A stretch of 25,738 nt of DNA from a virus (IMGVR_UViG_3300033067_001050:1-25738), one strand, 5' to 3'. Shown: positions 8,665 through 18,500, numbered from the stretch's first letter. Notes: generated from the letters alone by a model not told the origin. Translations and numbers: made by a program.

Positions 8665-11217
8665 ATGGCGGCGAACGACACGCGCCAGCTTCAGTTGCAG
8701 ATCAGCGCCTCGGCGGAGCTGATGATCCGCAACCTGAAGGCTGCGGACAATGCGGTCGCCCAGTTCCAGCGGCAGACCAACGGACGCCTCGCGTCGATCG
8801 ACGCCAAGTTCGCGGCACTGGGCAATCTGAAAGCGAAGCTGGGCGCGCTCGACGCGAACGTCGGCCTGGGCGGCATCGCCAGCGCCGCGACGGGTGTGAC
8901 GCTGATCGCGCTGGCGAAACGCGGGCTCGACTATGCCTCCTCACTGGGGGAGGTGTCGCAGCAGCTCGGCGTCACCACCAAGGACCTGCAGGTCTATCGC
9001 TACGCCGCGTCGCAGGTGGGCATCGAGCAGGAGGAGATGGACAGGGGCCTGGCCAAGCTGACGCTGACGCTGGGCAAGGCCAAACTGGGAGCGGAGGAGC
9101 CGGCGGAGGCATTCGGCGCGCTGGGCATCTCGATCGCTTCGCTGAACGGCAAGGCGGCAGGCGACGTCATCCCGCGCATTGCGGAAGGCCTGTCTAAGAT
9201 CAGCGACCCGGCGAAGCGCGCGGCGATCGAGGTTCAGCTGTTCGGCAAGGCCGGACAGAAGCTCGACACGCTGCTGACGGGCGGCGCGAAGGGCGTCGCG
9301 GCGTTGGCGGACGAAGCCGAGCGGCTCGGCCTGGTGCTCTCGGACAAGCAGATACAGGATGCCGATCGCACGGCGGACAAGCTGTCCGAGTTGAAGCAGC
9401 AGCTTGAAGCGCGCATCGCTGGGGTCGTCGCGGAGAATGCCGGAGCGATCTATAATCTGGCTAACGCGCTGGCGACGCTGACCGGCAAGGTCATCGGGTT
9501 CATGAATTCGAACCCGGCAGGCGCGGCGGCGGCGATCGGGGCGCTGGCGGGCGCGCGGTTCGGCGGCATTCCGGGGGCGGTGGCAGGTGGTATTGTCGGT
9601 GCCGCTGCCGGCCGGCGGATAGCCCAATCGGAAGCCGATCAGAGCACCGACCTTGCCGTGCGGCAACGCGAGTTGGCGAGGGCCAAACGCGGCCTCGCCT
9701 CGCGGATCCGGCTTGACGCCGGCCTGCCGCGCTCTGGGACGATCACCAGTTCGCCATCGGGACTGTTCACGTTGCGGGACGCCAGCAACGAGCGGCAGTT
9801 CAATTCGCGCGCGGAGGCGGAAGCGGAGGTAAATCGCCAGCGCATCCTGCTGGCACGGTCGCGGATCGCTGCAGCGAAGAAGCGGATCGGCAGTCCCGCC
9901 GGTGCAATGCCGTTGGATGCGAGCGCGGACGTGCCGAAGACCTTCGCCGGCGGCGGATCGCGTGGCGGTGGTGGGGGCGGATCCGCGATCGCCGATGCCC
10001 GTCGCGATCGGGGGCTGCTGCGCCGCGCCGACGACCTGCTGGCGCGCGGGCAGGATGCCGTCTCGTCCGGCCGCGCCGATCTGTCCGGCGACCCACAGGA
10101 ACGGCTGCGGATCGAGCAGGAGCGGATCGAGCTGGCGCGCAAGGCGCGCGACAGCGACCTTGAGGAGCAGGCGCTCGACAACCGGTTCATCGCCGTCAAC
10201 CTCACCAAGCTGAAGGCGCTGAACGCCGAGGCGGCGGCGATCGACAGCCAGCTGGCGGCGCGACGCGCGGCGCAGGAGACCGAGCAGTCCGCGTTCGAGC
10301 GCCAGCGCGCGGCCGAGGACGATGCGATCGCCGTGATCGAGGTGCAGGCGCGCCTTGCGATCGTCGCCCGCGACCGGTTCGCGATCGAGCGGCGCATCCT
10401 GAAGCTGAAGCAGCAAGAGGAACGCGAGGCGCTGGAACGCGTGACGCGCGACACCACGGGGCGCTTTTCGTCCAGCGACCGGCAGGCCGCGCGCGAGGCG
10501 CTGGCGCGACTGCCGGCGAGGCAAGCCGCCGAAATGGCGGCGCTGGCGAACGACCAGAAAGGACCGCTGGCGCAGTATCGCGACCGGCTGATCGCCGCAA
10601 CGGGCGACATGAACGAGGCGCTGCAAAACGTGGCCGCCAACGGATTGCAGACGCTGGAAAGCGGCATCCTGGGCGTGATCGACGGGACGGAAAGCCTCGG
10701 TTCCGCGTTCAAGCGCATGGCATCGTCGATTATCGCCGACCTGGCGCGGATCGCGATCGAAAAGGCGATCGTCGGCGCGATCCCCGGGCTCGGCAGTTTC
10801 TTCGGCTTTGCCGATGGCGGGCCGGTGCTGCGCCGCGCAGGCGGCGGTCCGATCACCGGGGCTGGCGGGGGGCGCGACGACCGGATTCCGGCGATGCTGT
10901 CGAACGGCGAATATGTCATCAACGCGGCGTCGACCGCGCGCTATCGCCCGCTGATCGAGGCGATCAACGCCGGTCGCCTGCCGCGCTTCGCCGCCGGCGG
11001 AATCGTGTCGCCAAGCCTGCCGCGGTCACTCGCGCCGGGTGCGGGCGGCGGCGGACAGATCGTCGTGATGATCGCGCTTGAGGATGGGTTGCTGAACGCG
11101 CGGATCGACAACCGCGCTGCGGGTGTGGCCGCCCAGGTGGTGCAGGCGACCGCCCCCACGATCATCGATACGGCGAAGACGGCGACCGTCGCGGCGCTGC
11201 GGCGACCGGGGCTGTAG
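8665..11217 (+). CDS. Tail tape measure protein
   Basis: 850 aa, Ala/Gly-rich and helical, following the G/GT chaperones. C-terminal FADGG...GGGRDDRIPAMLSNGEYVINA motif. Confidence 0.95.
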   Translation: MAANDTRQLQLQISASAELMIRNLKAADNAVAQFQRQTNGRLASIDAKFAALGNLKAKLGALDANVGLGGIASAATGVTLIALAKRGLDYASSLGEVSQQLGVTTKDLQVYRYAASQVGIEQEEMDRGLAKLTLTLGKAKLGAEEPAEAFGALGISIASLNGKAAGDVIPRIAEGLSKISDPAKRAAIEVQLFGKAGQKLDTLLTGGAKGVAALADEAERLGLVLSDKQIQDADRTADKLSELKQQLEARIAGVVAENAGAIYNLANALATLTGKVIGFMNSNPAGAAAAIGALAGARFGGIPGAVAGGIVGAAAGRRIAQSEADQSTDLAVRQRELARAKRGLASRIRLDAGLPRSGTITSSPSGLFTLRDASNERQFNSRAEAEAEVNRQRILLARSRIAAAKKRIGSPAGAMPLDASADVPKTFAGGGSRGGGGGGSAIADARRDRGLLRRADDLLARGQDAVSSGRADLSGDPQERLRIEQERIELARKARDSDLEEQALDNRFIAVNLTKLKALNAEAAAIDSQLAARRAAQETEQSAFERQRAAEDDAIAVIEVQARLAIVARDRFAIERRILKLKQQEEREALERVTRDTTGRFSSSDRQAAREALARLPARQAAEMAALANDQKGPLAQYRDRLIAATGDMNEALQNVAANGLQTLESGILGVIDGTESLGSAFKRMASSIIADLARIAIEKAIVGAIPGLGSFFGFADGGPVLRRAGGGPITGAGGGRDDRIPAMLSNGEYVINAASTARYRPLIEAINAGRLPRFAAGGIVSPSLPRSLAPGAGGGGQIVVMIALEDGLLNARIDNRAAGVAAQVVQATAPTIIDTAKTATVAALRRPGL

Positions 11218-11218
11218 C

Positions 11219-11827
11219 ATGAGCATCGTGACCCCACCCGCGCCGCTGCCGCTGCGCAATGTCAAGTGGCGTCTGCCGCCCGCGGCGCAGGTCAACCGAT
11301 CGCGGTGGACCGGAACGTCAAAGTCGGTCGGACTGCCGGGCGCGCAGAACTGGACCGTGAGCGGTGAGCTGGTGCTCAAAGTGGGCGAGGCGCAGGCGCG
11401 GGCGTGGCGCGCGTTCTTCGTGCAGGTTTCGCAACCCTTCCGTGCGTTCGCGGTGCGCGCTGTGGAAGGGCAGCAGACGGCGGCCGGCAATCCGACGATC
11501 GGCGCCGGCGCGAACGCGGGCACGACGATGCCGGTCTCCGGCCTGCCCGCGAGCCAGACCGTGCTCGGGACCGGATGCTTCCTGACGGTCCCGCTGCCGA
11601 GCGGGCACCGCCGGCTCGTCTGCCTCACCGCGCCGCTGAACTCGAATGCGGCGGGACAGGCGGTCGCGACCTTTGAGCCCGAGCTTACCGAGGTTCCCGC
11701 GCCGGGCGCGACGGTCGAGATGCAATGGCCGTATGCGCTGGTGCGTTTGGCCGGAGATCCGGCGGGCTGGGACGTGGCGCCGGGCCAGCAATACGCCTTC
11801 GCCTTTTCGGCGGAGGAGGCCCGGTGA
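11219..11827 (+). CDS. Putative distal tail protein
   Basis: ATG 11219 directly after the TMP stop; 202 aa, beta-rich, with ATFEPEL and a terminal FSAEEA. Assignment is by position. Confidence 0.7.
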   Translation: MSIVTPPAPLPLRNVKWRLPPAAQVNRSRWTGTSKSVGLPGAQNWTVSGELVLKVGEAQARAWRAFFVQVSQPFRAFAVRAVEGQQTAAGNPTIGAGANAGTTMPVSGLPASQTVLGTGCFLTVPLPSGHRRLVCLTAPLNSNAAGQAVATFEPELTEVPAPGATVEMQWPYALVRLAGDPAGWDVAPGQQYAFAFSAEEAR

Positions 11828-12483
11828 GCCGTCCTGATGCAACCGCGAGCGCCGCGATCGATCAACCCACAATCCGCCCCGTCTTCTTCTGTCATCTCGA
11901 CATTCTGGGAGATCCAGTGCGCGCGTGCACCGCCGGGCAATCGATCGCGTTCGCCGGAACTGGAAACGCGGACCTCGACGGCTACACCTTCGACGGGATC
12001 AATCCCACAATGGTCGACATCGGTCCGGTGCGCGACAAGGACGGTGGGTCCGATTCGGTGATCGCCAAGCTGTCGGGCATCGTCGCGCTCGACGCGGAGC
12101 TGCTTTCGATCATCGGCGATCGCGCGAACTGGCAGGGGCGCACGGCACAGTTGTGGCGGCTGATCCGCGACGAATTCGGAACAGGGCAGGGTGCGGTCCA
12201 GCATTACTACACGGGATGGATGACCGCGCTGACGATCAGCGGCGAGCCTGGCGATCAAACTATCGAGCTGACGATCGAGGGCTATCTCGCTGCCTATTCG
12301 GCGGCGTCGAACCGCAGCTACCTGGACCAGGAGCGCTATGATCCGGGCGATCTGTCGGCGCGAGCGTCGATCGCGCTGGCGAACGGGAACAGCACCTCAC
12401 TCTTGACCAGCGGGACGCCGGTCAATCTGGGCGTAATCGGTTTCGCGCTTCGTCACGTCGGCGCGCCATGGGGAAGGTTCTGA
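11824..12483 (+). CDS. Putative tail hub / minor tail protein
   Basis: GTG 11824 overlaps the previous stop. Contains YYTGWM and YLDQERYDPGD motifs and lies between Dit and the NlpC-like gene. Confidence 0.7.
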   Translation: MSRPDATASAAIDQPTIRPVFFCHLDILGDPVRACTAGQSIAFAGTGNADLDGYTFDGINPTMVDIGPVRDKDGGSDSVIAKLSGIVALDAELLSIIGDRANWQGRTAQLWRLIRDEFGTGQGAVQHYYTGWMTALTISGEPGDQTIELTIEGYLAAYSAASNRSYLDQERYDPGDLSARASIALANGNSTSLLTSGTPVNLGVIGFALRHVGAPWGRF

Positions 12484-12890
12484 TGGATCGCCTGCCAGAT
12501 TGGGAAGCGCGGTTGCACGGGTATCTGGAGCGACTGGAGCGGGCGGAATTCGACTGGGGCACGCTGGATTGTGCGCTGTTCGCAGCAGGTGCCGTCAAGG
12601 CGATGACCGGCGAGGATCCGGCGGCTGCGTTTCGCGGCAGGTATCGCACGGCCAAGGGATCCGAGCGTGCGCTGCGCCGGTTTGGTGCGGGCACGCTGGA
12701 AGCGACGATAGATGCCGGGTTCGAACCGCGCCCGGTCGGCTTCGCGCGCCGCGGCGACCTGGTGCTGGTGGACGGCATGGTCGGCGTGTGCGTGGGGGCC
12801 GATGCACTTTTCATCGGCGAGGCGGGCGGCAATCCCGGCCTGGTGCGCTTCGCGCGCGGGCGATGGGCGAAGGCCTGGGCGGTCGGCTGA
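12483..12890 (+). CDS. NlpC/P60-like tail assembly protein (DUF6950-like)
   Basis: RLPDWEARL...FDWGTLDCALFAAGAVKAMTGEDP, ARRGDLV and terminal AWAV; TGATG coupling at both ends. Confidence 0.85.
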   Translation: MDRLPDWEARLHGYLERLERAEFDWGTLDCALFAAGAVKAMTGEDPAAAFRGRYRTAKGSERALRRFGAGTLEATIDAGFEPRPVGFARRGDLVLVDGMVGVCVGADALFIGEAGGNPGLVRFARGRWAKAWAVG

Positions 12891-15800
12891 TGGCAAAGGC
12901 ACTCGACGACATCGGCGCTGTCGTCGGCTTCGTGGCGCTTGGTGTGGCGACGCTGGGCGTCGGCAGTGCACTTGCCGCCGGGTTCAGCCTGTCGGCGGCG
13001 CTGAGCACCGCCGCCGCGACGACGATCGCGGGGATCGGCGTTTCCGCCGGAACGCTGTTCGCCGCATCGATCGGGCTTTCGTTCGCCGGCAGCCTGCTCG
13101 CGCCCAAGCCGCGCGCGCCGGAGGTGAGCGTCGCGACCGCCGACCGGCTGCAGGTGTCGATCAACCTGCGCACACCGCGGCTGATGGTATTCGGATCCAC
13201 CGCGATGGGCACCGACCTTCGCGACCAGGAGATCAGCGGCGATCAGGCATGGGTGCATCGGTTTATCCTCTGCGCTAGCCACAGGGTCCACGCGATCCGT
13301 GAGGTGTGGCTGGACGGCACGCTGGCGTGGACAGTGACGGGCGGCGTGCAGGGTGGATTCGCCGGGTTCCTGCAGATCACACCGGTGCTCGAAGGATCGG
13401 CGGCGAACGCGATCAACATCGGCACGCGCATGGGATCGAGCCGCCGCTACACCGGCTGCGCATACGTTTACGCGGCGTTCAAGATCACGAAGAACGGCAA
13501 CACCGACAGCCCGTTCGCCGCGTCGATCACGTCGCGCATGACGATCGTCGGCGACGGTGCGCTGTTCTATGACCCGCGCCTGGACAGCACGGTGCCGGGG
13601 GGCAGCGGGCCGAAGCGCGCCGATGACCAATCGACGTGGAGCTGGGATGTGAACGCAGCGCGCAATCCCGCGCTGTGCCTGCTGTGGTATCTGCTCGGCT
13701 GGCGCGTGCAGAACCCGTCGAGCGGACAATGGCTGCTGATGGTCGGCAAGGGCGTGCCGCCGGAGCGGATCGACCTTGAGAGCTTCATCACCGCGGCGAA
13801 CCTGTGCGATGAGCCGGTAGCGAAATCCGGCGGCGGCACGGAGCCGCGCTATCGCTGCGACGGTGTGTTCAGCGAAGGCGACGATCTGCAGCTGGTGACC
13901 GAGAACCTGAAGGCGACGATGAACGCGCTGCTGGACGATGTCGGCGGCAAGCTGCGGCTGGTCGTTCTGCACAACGATCTGGGTGCGCCGATCGGATCAC
14001 TGACGACGGCCGACGTGCTGGGGGAATTTTCCTGGCTGCAAACGCCGCCGCTGCAGGACACGATCAACGTTATCCGCGGCGGCTATACCGATCCGTCCGC
14101 CGCCTCTCTCTATCAGCTGGTGGATTACCCGCAGGTCGCGGTGAGCAGCCCGGACGGCATCGAGCGCGCGCAGACGATCAACCTTCCGCTGGTGCAGTCG
14201 CCGAGCCAGGCTCAGCGGCTGGCGAAGCAGCGGCTGCAACGATCGCTCTACCCGGGGATGTTCACGGCGGTCTTCCAGGCCACGGCGTGGAAATTCCAGA
14301 AGGGCGACGTCGTCCGCTTCACCTTCCTGCCGCTCGGGTGGTCGGAAAAGCTGTTCCGCATAGCCGACCTGACGATCCAGGTGGACGGCACGGTGCCGAT
14401 GGTGCTGCGCGAGGAGCACGCCGACGTCTATGCCTGGGATGCGAGCGACGCGCCCGCGGTGCAGGCTGCCGCGCCAACGGTGTACGATGCCTCGCTGTGG
14501 CCGATCACGCGCGCGATCGCGGCGCTGGAGGGTGATCTCGCGGCCCTGGGCGCCGAGTCCTACACCTTCTACCTGACCAACGACACGATCCAGCTGCCGG
14601 CGGCGCATGACGGCACGGTGTCGAGCTATGCGCTGGCGCAGGGCGATTTCGTGATCGAGCAGCCGGCGGGGACCGATGTGTCGGGCGATTTCGTGCTGTC
14701 GGTCGTCGCCAATCCGCAGGGGCTGACGTTCGCCGGCTCGGGCATGCACTATGCGTGGACCGGCGGGTTCGACCCGGGCGAGGACGGCGCGGCGGTGACG
14801 CTGCGGGCGGTGGGCACGGGCGCGCATGCCGGGATCAGCTTCGACCAGGTCGTGACGCTGACCAAGTCGCGCGCGGCCCAAGACGGCGTCTCCCCGCCGC
14901 TGGTCCAGGTGGCGGCCGAACCGCGCACGTTCAGGATCGACGCCGCCGGCGCGATCGCGGTGCAGACGACGACGATCCGCGTGACGCGGCAGAATACGGA
15001 TACCGACCCGCTGTTCACGGTGGTCGACCGCAACGGCACCGTCGTCCTGGGGCCGAACGCGTCGGCGGCGGCGATCGGCGCGACGGTGCATTTCGACAGC
15101 AGCGATGCGCTGACGCTGACGATGTTGTCGGCGCAGTTCGCCAACTGGATCGCGGGCTTTCCCGAGCGCGAGACCTTCAGCGTGCGGGTAGAGTGCGGTG
15201 GCGCGACCGACAGCGTGACGGTGTTCGCGTCACGCGATGGAGCGACGGGGGCGGCGGCGACACCCTTCCCACTGGCGACAAGCGGAGCGATCGTCGTCGA
15301 CGGTGCGAAGGCAACCAAGACTGGCGCCAGCGGGTGGGATGCGTCGGTGCGCTCGACAGTCGGCTACACAGGCGACGTCGCCGCCTCGGCCCGGATCTCC
15401 GGCCCGGCGCCCATCGCGATGATCGCGCTCAATACCGACCCGACGACGAACGACAGTTACGACACGCTCGACTTTGCGATGCAGCGTCACGGGGACCTGA
15501 ATACTTGGACGGTGGTCGAGGGCTCCTCGATATCCGCGACGGTGGCGACCAGCACCTCGGACAGCGATGTCCCGCTGATCCGGCGCGAAGGCACGAAGAT
15601 CAGATACTATCTCAACGGCGCGCTGGTCTACACGCATGCCGGAGACGTCGACCCGACTGCTCCGCTGTATTTCGACAGTTCGCTGTACCGCACGGGCACC
15701 AAGCTGGAGGCGATGTTGTTTGGCGCGACCGGCGCTCCCGGTGCCTCCGCCCCGCTGTTGAAGACGCAGTGGTCGATCGACGGCGCGACGTCCTGGCATG

Positions 15801-16858
15801 ACAGTTTCTTCGGCGCCGATCGCTACTATCGCCAATCGAACGACAACGGCGCCAACTGGGGTCCGGCGGTGCTCGGGGTCGGCGAAGCCGGCACCAACGG
15901 CGAATATTCTTCCACGGTCTATAAGTGGAGCGCGACGGTCCCGGCGGCGCCGCCGAACGGCACCGGCGATCCGCCGGCCGGGTGGACTGACGACCCCGGT
16001 TCGACGGGCACGGGCTATCTCTTTCAGGCAAAGGCGCGCTTCAGGCGTGACGGCGCGACGCTGACGCAGCTGACCAACTGGGGCAAGCCCGTGCGCATCT
16101 CGGGCACGCCCGGCACGAGCCCCTACGCGCTTGCGCTGACGACGAACACGCTCACCATCGAGGCGAGCTATGCCGGGGTGACCAAGTCCGGCCAGCTGCC
16201 GCGAACGGTCGGCGTGCAGCTGGTGCAGGGAACGACGGACGTGCTTGCCGCGGCGGTGATCACGGCGACCCCGTCGTCGGGCGCGATCGCGGCAAGCTAC
16301 GCGGGCGGCGCGATCAGCGTGAGCCAAGCCGACGCGCCGGGCTATATCGATGTCGCGGCAACGATCGGCGGCAGCGCGGTCGCCTCCGCGCGGATCGAGG
16401 TGAAGCGCCCGCTGGACGCGCCGCCGCCGCAATCGCAATCGAGCGCATCGCAGGACGTGCTCCAGGATATCGCCAGCTCGGCGAGTTACGTTGGGGCACA
16501 TGTGTCGGTGACACTGCGCGCGAACGGGAGCGGCCAGTTGATTGCTCAGGGTGGTTGCAACTACACCGTAGCCTCGCCGGGAACAGGTGTATGGTCGTGG
16601 CGCGCTGGTGCGTCGTTCGCCTATCGCTCGGCGGGCGGCGGCGCATGGAGCTACACCTCTGAGGTAGTGGGTTTGACTGCGCAGTCGGTAGCAGAGAGCG
16701 ATCCCGTGGCAGGGAGCGTGTCGATCACCCCAACTACCATCAGTGGGCTGTCGGCGGGGGCACTCTACGAAGTCGGCCTGGCGGTGCGCAAGTCATTTGG
16801 GTCAACCCCAGATGGGATTGGGGTGACGCTCGACGGTGGATTCTCGGTGACGCAATGA
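12890..16858 (+). CDS. Tail tip / host-specificity protein (gpJ-like), 1322 aa
   Basis: ATG 12890 (TGATG). Contains YDPRLDSTVPGGSGPKRADDQSTWSW, NPALCLLWYL, AANLCDEPV, RYRCDG and QAQRLAK, followed by a modular beta-rich C-terminal half. Confidence 0.92.
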   Translation: MAKALDDIGAVVGFVALGVATLGVGSALAAGFSLSAALSTAAATTIAGIGVSAGTLFAASIGLSFAGSLLAPKPRAPEVSVATADRLQVSINLRTPRLMVFGSTAMGTDLRDQEISGDQAWVHRFILCASHRVHAIREVWLDGTLAWTVTGGVQGGFAGFLQITPVLEGSAANAINIGTRMGSSRRYTGCAYVYAAFKITKNGNTDSPFAASITSRMTIVGDGALFYDPRLDSTVPGGSGPKRADDQSTWSWDVNAARNPALCLLWYLLGWRVQNPSSGQWLLMVGKGVPPERIDLESFITAANLCDEPVAKSGGGTEPRYRCDGVFSEGDDLQLVTENLKATMNALLDDVGGKLRLVVLHNDLGAPIGSLTTADVLGEFSWLQTPPLQDTINVIRGGYTDPSAASLYQLVDYPQVAVSSPDGIERAQTINLPLVQSPSQAQRLAKQRLQRSLYPGMFTAVFQATAWKFQKGDVVRFTFLPLGWSEKLFRIADLTIQVDGTVPMVLREEHADVYAWDASDAPAVQAAAPTVYDASLWPITRAIAALEGDLAALGAESYTFYLTNDTIQLPAAHDGTVSSYALAQGDFVIEQPAGTDVSGDFVLSVVANPQGLTFAGSGMHYAWTGGFDPGEDGAAVTLRAVGTGAHAGISFDQVVTLTKSRAAQDGVSPPLVQVAAEPRTFRIDAAGAIAVQTTTIRVTRQNTDTDPLFTVVDRNGTVVLGPNASAAAIGATVHFDSSDALTLTMLSAQFANWIAGFPERETFSVRVECGGATDSVTVFASRDGATGAAATPFPLATSGAIVVDGAKATKTGASGWDASVRSTVGYTGDVAASARISGPAPIAMIALNTDPTTNDSYDTLDFAMQRHGDLNTWTVVEGSSISATVATSTSDSDVPLIRREGTKIRYYLNGALVYTHAGDVDPTAPLYFDSSLYRTGTKLEAMLFGATGAPGASAPLLKTQWSIDGATSWHDSFFGADRYYRQSNDNGANWGPAVLGVGEAGTNGEYSSTVYKWSATVPAAPPNGTGDPPAGWTDDPGSTGTGYLFQAKARFRRDGATLTQLTNWGKPVRISGTPGTSPYALALTTNTLTIEASYAGVTKSGQLPRTVGVQLVQGTTDVLAAAVITATPSSGAIAASYAGGAISVSQADAPGYIDVAATIGGSAVASARIEVKRPLDAPPPQSQSSASQDVLQDIASSASYVGAHVSVTLRANGSGQLIAQGGCNYTVASPGTGVWSWRAGASFAYRSAGGGAWSYTSEVVGLTAQSVAESDPVAGSVSITPTTISGLSAGALYEVGLAVRKSFGSTPDGIGVTLDGGFSVTQ

Positions 16859-17382
16859 CCGGGCACTGGACCATTCTGGATGCGGCCGGCGAGGTGGTCG
16901 CGGCGTGCGTGGCGGCCGAGGTGGCACCCGATCCGGCGGGCTATGGCGGGGCGTGCGTGCTGGCGCTCGACGGGCCGATCGACCCGTTGCTGCACAGCTG
17001 GAACGGCACGGGCTGGGACATCGACCTGACGGCGGCGCGCGAGGCGGCGATCGCGCGCGTCAACGACGCGGCCGAAGCGGTGCGCCGCCTCTACCTGACG
17101 CCGGGCGACGGCCAGGCCATGACGTATCTGCGCAAGGAGCAGGAGGCGCGGGCGTGGAGCGCCGAAGCTGATCCCGCCAGGTTTCCGTTCCTGGCCGCCG
17201 AGGCCGCGGCGACCGAAATGGCGATCGCCGACCTTGCCGCGACGGTGATCGCGCAGGCCGACGCCTGGGCGACGATCGGCTCTGCGATCGAGGCGCTGCG
17301 GCGCGGAGCGACGCGCGCGATCGAGCTGGCCGCGAGCGTGGAAGCAATCGCTGCGGCGGCGAACGTGGCGTGGCCGGCATGA
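16855..17382 (+). CDS. Putative tail fibre assembly/chaperone-like protein
   Basis: Follows the tail-tip gene (ATGA overlap). Contains RRLYLTPGDGQAMTYLRKEQEARAW, FPFLAAEA and a terminal VAWP. Confidence 0.7.
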   Translation: MTGHWTILDAAGEVVAACVAAEVAPDPAGYGGACVLALDGPIDPLLHSWNGTGWDIDLTAAREAAIARVNDAAEAVRRLYLTPGDGQAMTYLRKEQEARAWSAEADPARFPFLAAEAAATEMAIADLAATVIAQADAWATIGSAIEALRRGATRAIELAASVEAIAAAANVAWPA

Positions 17383-17639
17383 TCCGGCGGCTGGGCACGG
17401 TGGCGCTGGCATGGCTGGTGCTGATCGACTGCATCGCCTGCACGGCCTGGCTGTCGCCGCTCTACCTGGTCGGTTTGGCGGATCGCCCGAGCGGGCGGCA
17501 GCTGATCTCGGCCTATGTCGGCGCGGCGGCGATCAACGGGCGCCGCTGGGGCCTGCGCGCCGCCGCGGTGATCGACCGGCTGTTCTGGTGGAGCCCGGAC
17601 CACTGCCGGGCGTGTTTCCGGCGCTACGGCGCGGACTGA
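17379..17639 (+). CDS. Small phage hypothetical protein (hydrophobic N-terminus, C-terminal ID..F..DHC motif)
   Basis: ATG 17379 overlaps the previous stop; 86 aa; ISAYVG...RWG...IDRLFWWSPDHCRA. Confidence 0.75.
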   Translation: MIRRLGTVALAWLVLIDCIACTAWLSPLYLVGLADRPSGRQLISAYVGAAAINGRRWGLRAAAVIDRLFWWSPDHCRACFRRYGAD

Positions 17640-17697
17640 GGGGCGAAATCGTCATGAGCGACCGGGAATCGTCCCGCCGGGTGGCGGGGCGCGCGTG

Positions 17698-18177
17698 ATG
17701 CTGTCCATCCCGTCCTGGCTGCCGATTCTGGTGACGCTGCTCGGCATGTCCGGGGCGGGCGGCGTCGCGGTTGCGTTCTACCGGATCGGGACGGGGCATG
17801 CCGAGCGCCAGCGCAAGCAAACCGACGACGCCGTGATGGCGGCGAACGACCTGCTGACGAAGCAGAACGATGCACTCACCAAGCGGCTGGACGCGATGGA
17901 CGCCGCATGGAAGGCCGAAAGCCGCGCGTGCGAGCAGTCGGTGGAGGCGCTGCGCCACGAGCTGCGGAACGTCGAGACCCAGATCGACGGCCTGCTCGAC
18001 CTGCTGACCTATGCGCCCAAGGCGAAGCACGCGGAGATCATCGCGAACGCTCGGGCAAAGCGCGAGGAGCAGCGCGCGCGCAAGGCGGCGACGATCGGCG
18101 AGCTGAGGAACAGCGTGCAGACCGCCGTGAGCGCGGAGCGCGTGAAGAAGGACGTGGCCGACCTGGCCGGAAAGTGA
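17698..18177 (+). CDS. Membrane-anchored coiled-coil protein (possible holin/lysis-associated)
   Basis: N-terminal hydrophobic segment WLPILVTLLGMSGAGGVAVAF followed by a long charged heptad-like region. Start is ATG 17698 or GTG 17695. Confidence 0.72.
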   Translation: MLSIPSWLPILVTLLGMSGAGGVAVAFYRIGTGHAERQRKQTDDAVMAANDLLTKQNDALTKRLDAMDAAWKAESRACEQSVEALRHELRNVETQIDGLLDLLTYAPKAKHAEIIANARAKREEQRARKAATIGELRNSVQTAVSAERVKKDVADLAGK

Positions 18178-18233
18178 CCGAGCGGCAGAGCCCGTGAAAA
18201 AACGCGCCAAGGCGGCGAACAAGGAGGCAGGCA

Positions 18234-18500
18234 ATGACGAACAGCTTCAGCGGATACAGCGACACGCCGACGGGGCCGTCGACCAAGCCCTATGCGATCG
18301 TGCCGTCGGACAGCGTGGAGCTGCCCGACATTCCCAAGGGGATCTATGTCGGAACGGGTGGCGACGTGGTGCTGCGCGGCGTCGGCGGGCAGGCTGACGT
18401 AACCTACCGGAACCTGGCCAACGGCAGCTACATCGGTGTCTGCGCCCAGTTCGTGCGGGCGACAGGCACCACCGCCAGCAACCTGATCGCGGAGGCCTGA
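18234..18500 (+). CDS. Head spike base protein, RcGTA Rcc01079-like
   Basis: 88 aa with AIVPSDSVELP..PKGIYVGTGGDV...RATGTTASNLIA, the pattern of this family. AAGGAGG RBS. Confidence 0.88.
   Translation: MTNSFSGYSDTPTGPSTKPYAIVPSDSVELPDIPKGIYVGTGGDVVLRGVGGQADVTYRNLANGSYIGVCAQFVRATGTTASNLIAEA

Noticed and set aside
12500-12889. ORF-track 5' extension of the tail-tip protein (1452 aa)
   Set aside because: It overlaps the DUF6950-like gene. The TGATG-coupled ATG at 12890 is the better start. The same reasoning applies to the extensions at 314, 6336, 7607, 11123, 11725, 22202 and 25277.
355-17412. Many long alternative-frame and antisense ORFs (for example 355-1725 +, 5358-7133 -, 8941-10626 -, 12422-13972 -)
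   Set aside because: These are Arg/Pro/Ala-rich shadow ORFs expected in ~70% GC DNA. They overlap well-supported phage genes and show no recognisable motifs.
18194-18397. Alternative ORF starting GTG AAA AAA overlapping the spike base gene
   Set aside because: The ATG at 18234 has a strong AAGGAGG RBS and gives a recognisable family protein; the alternative frame has no features.
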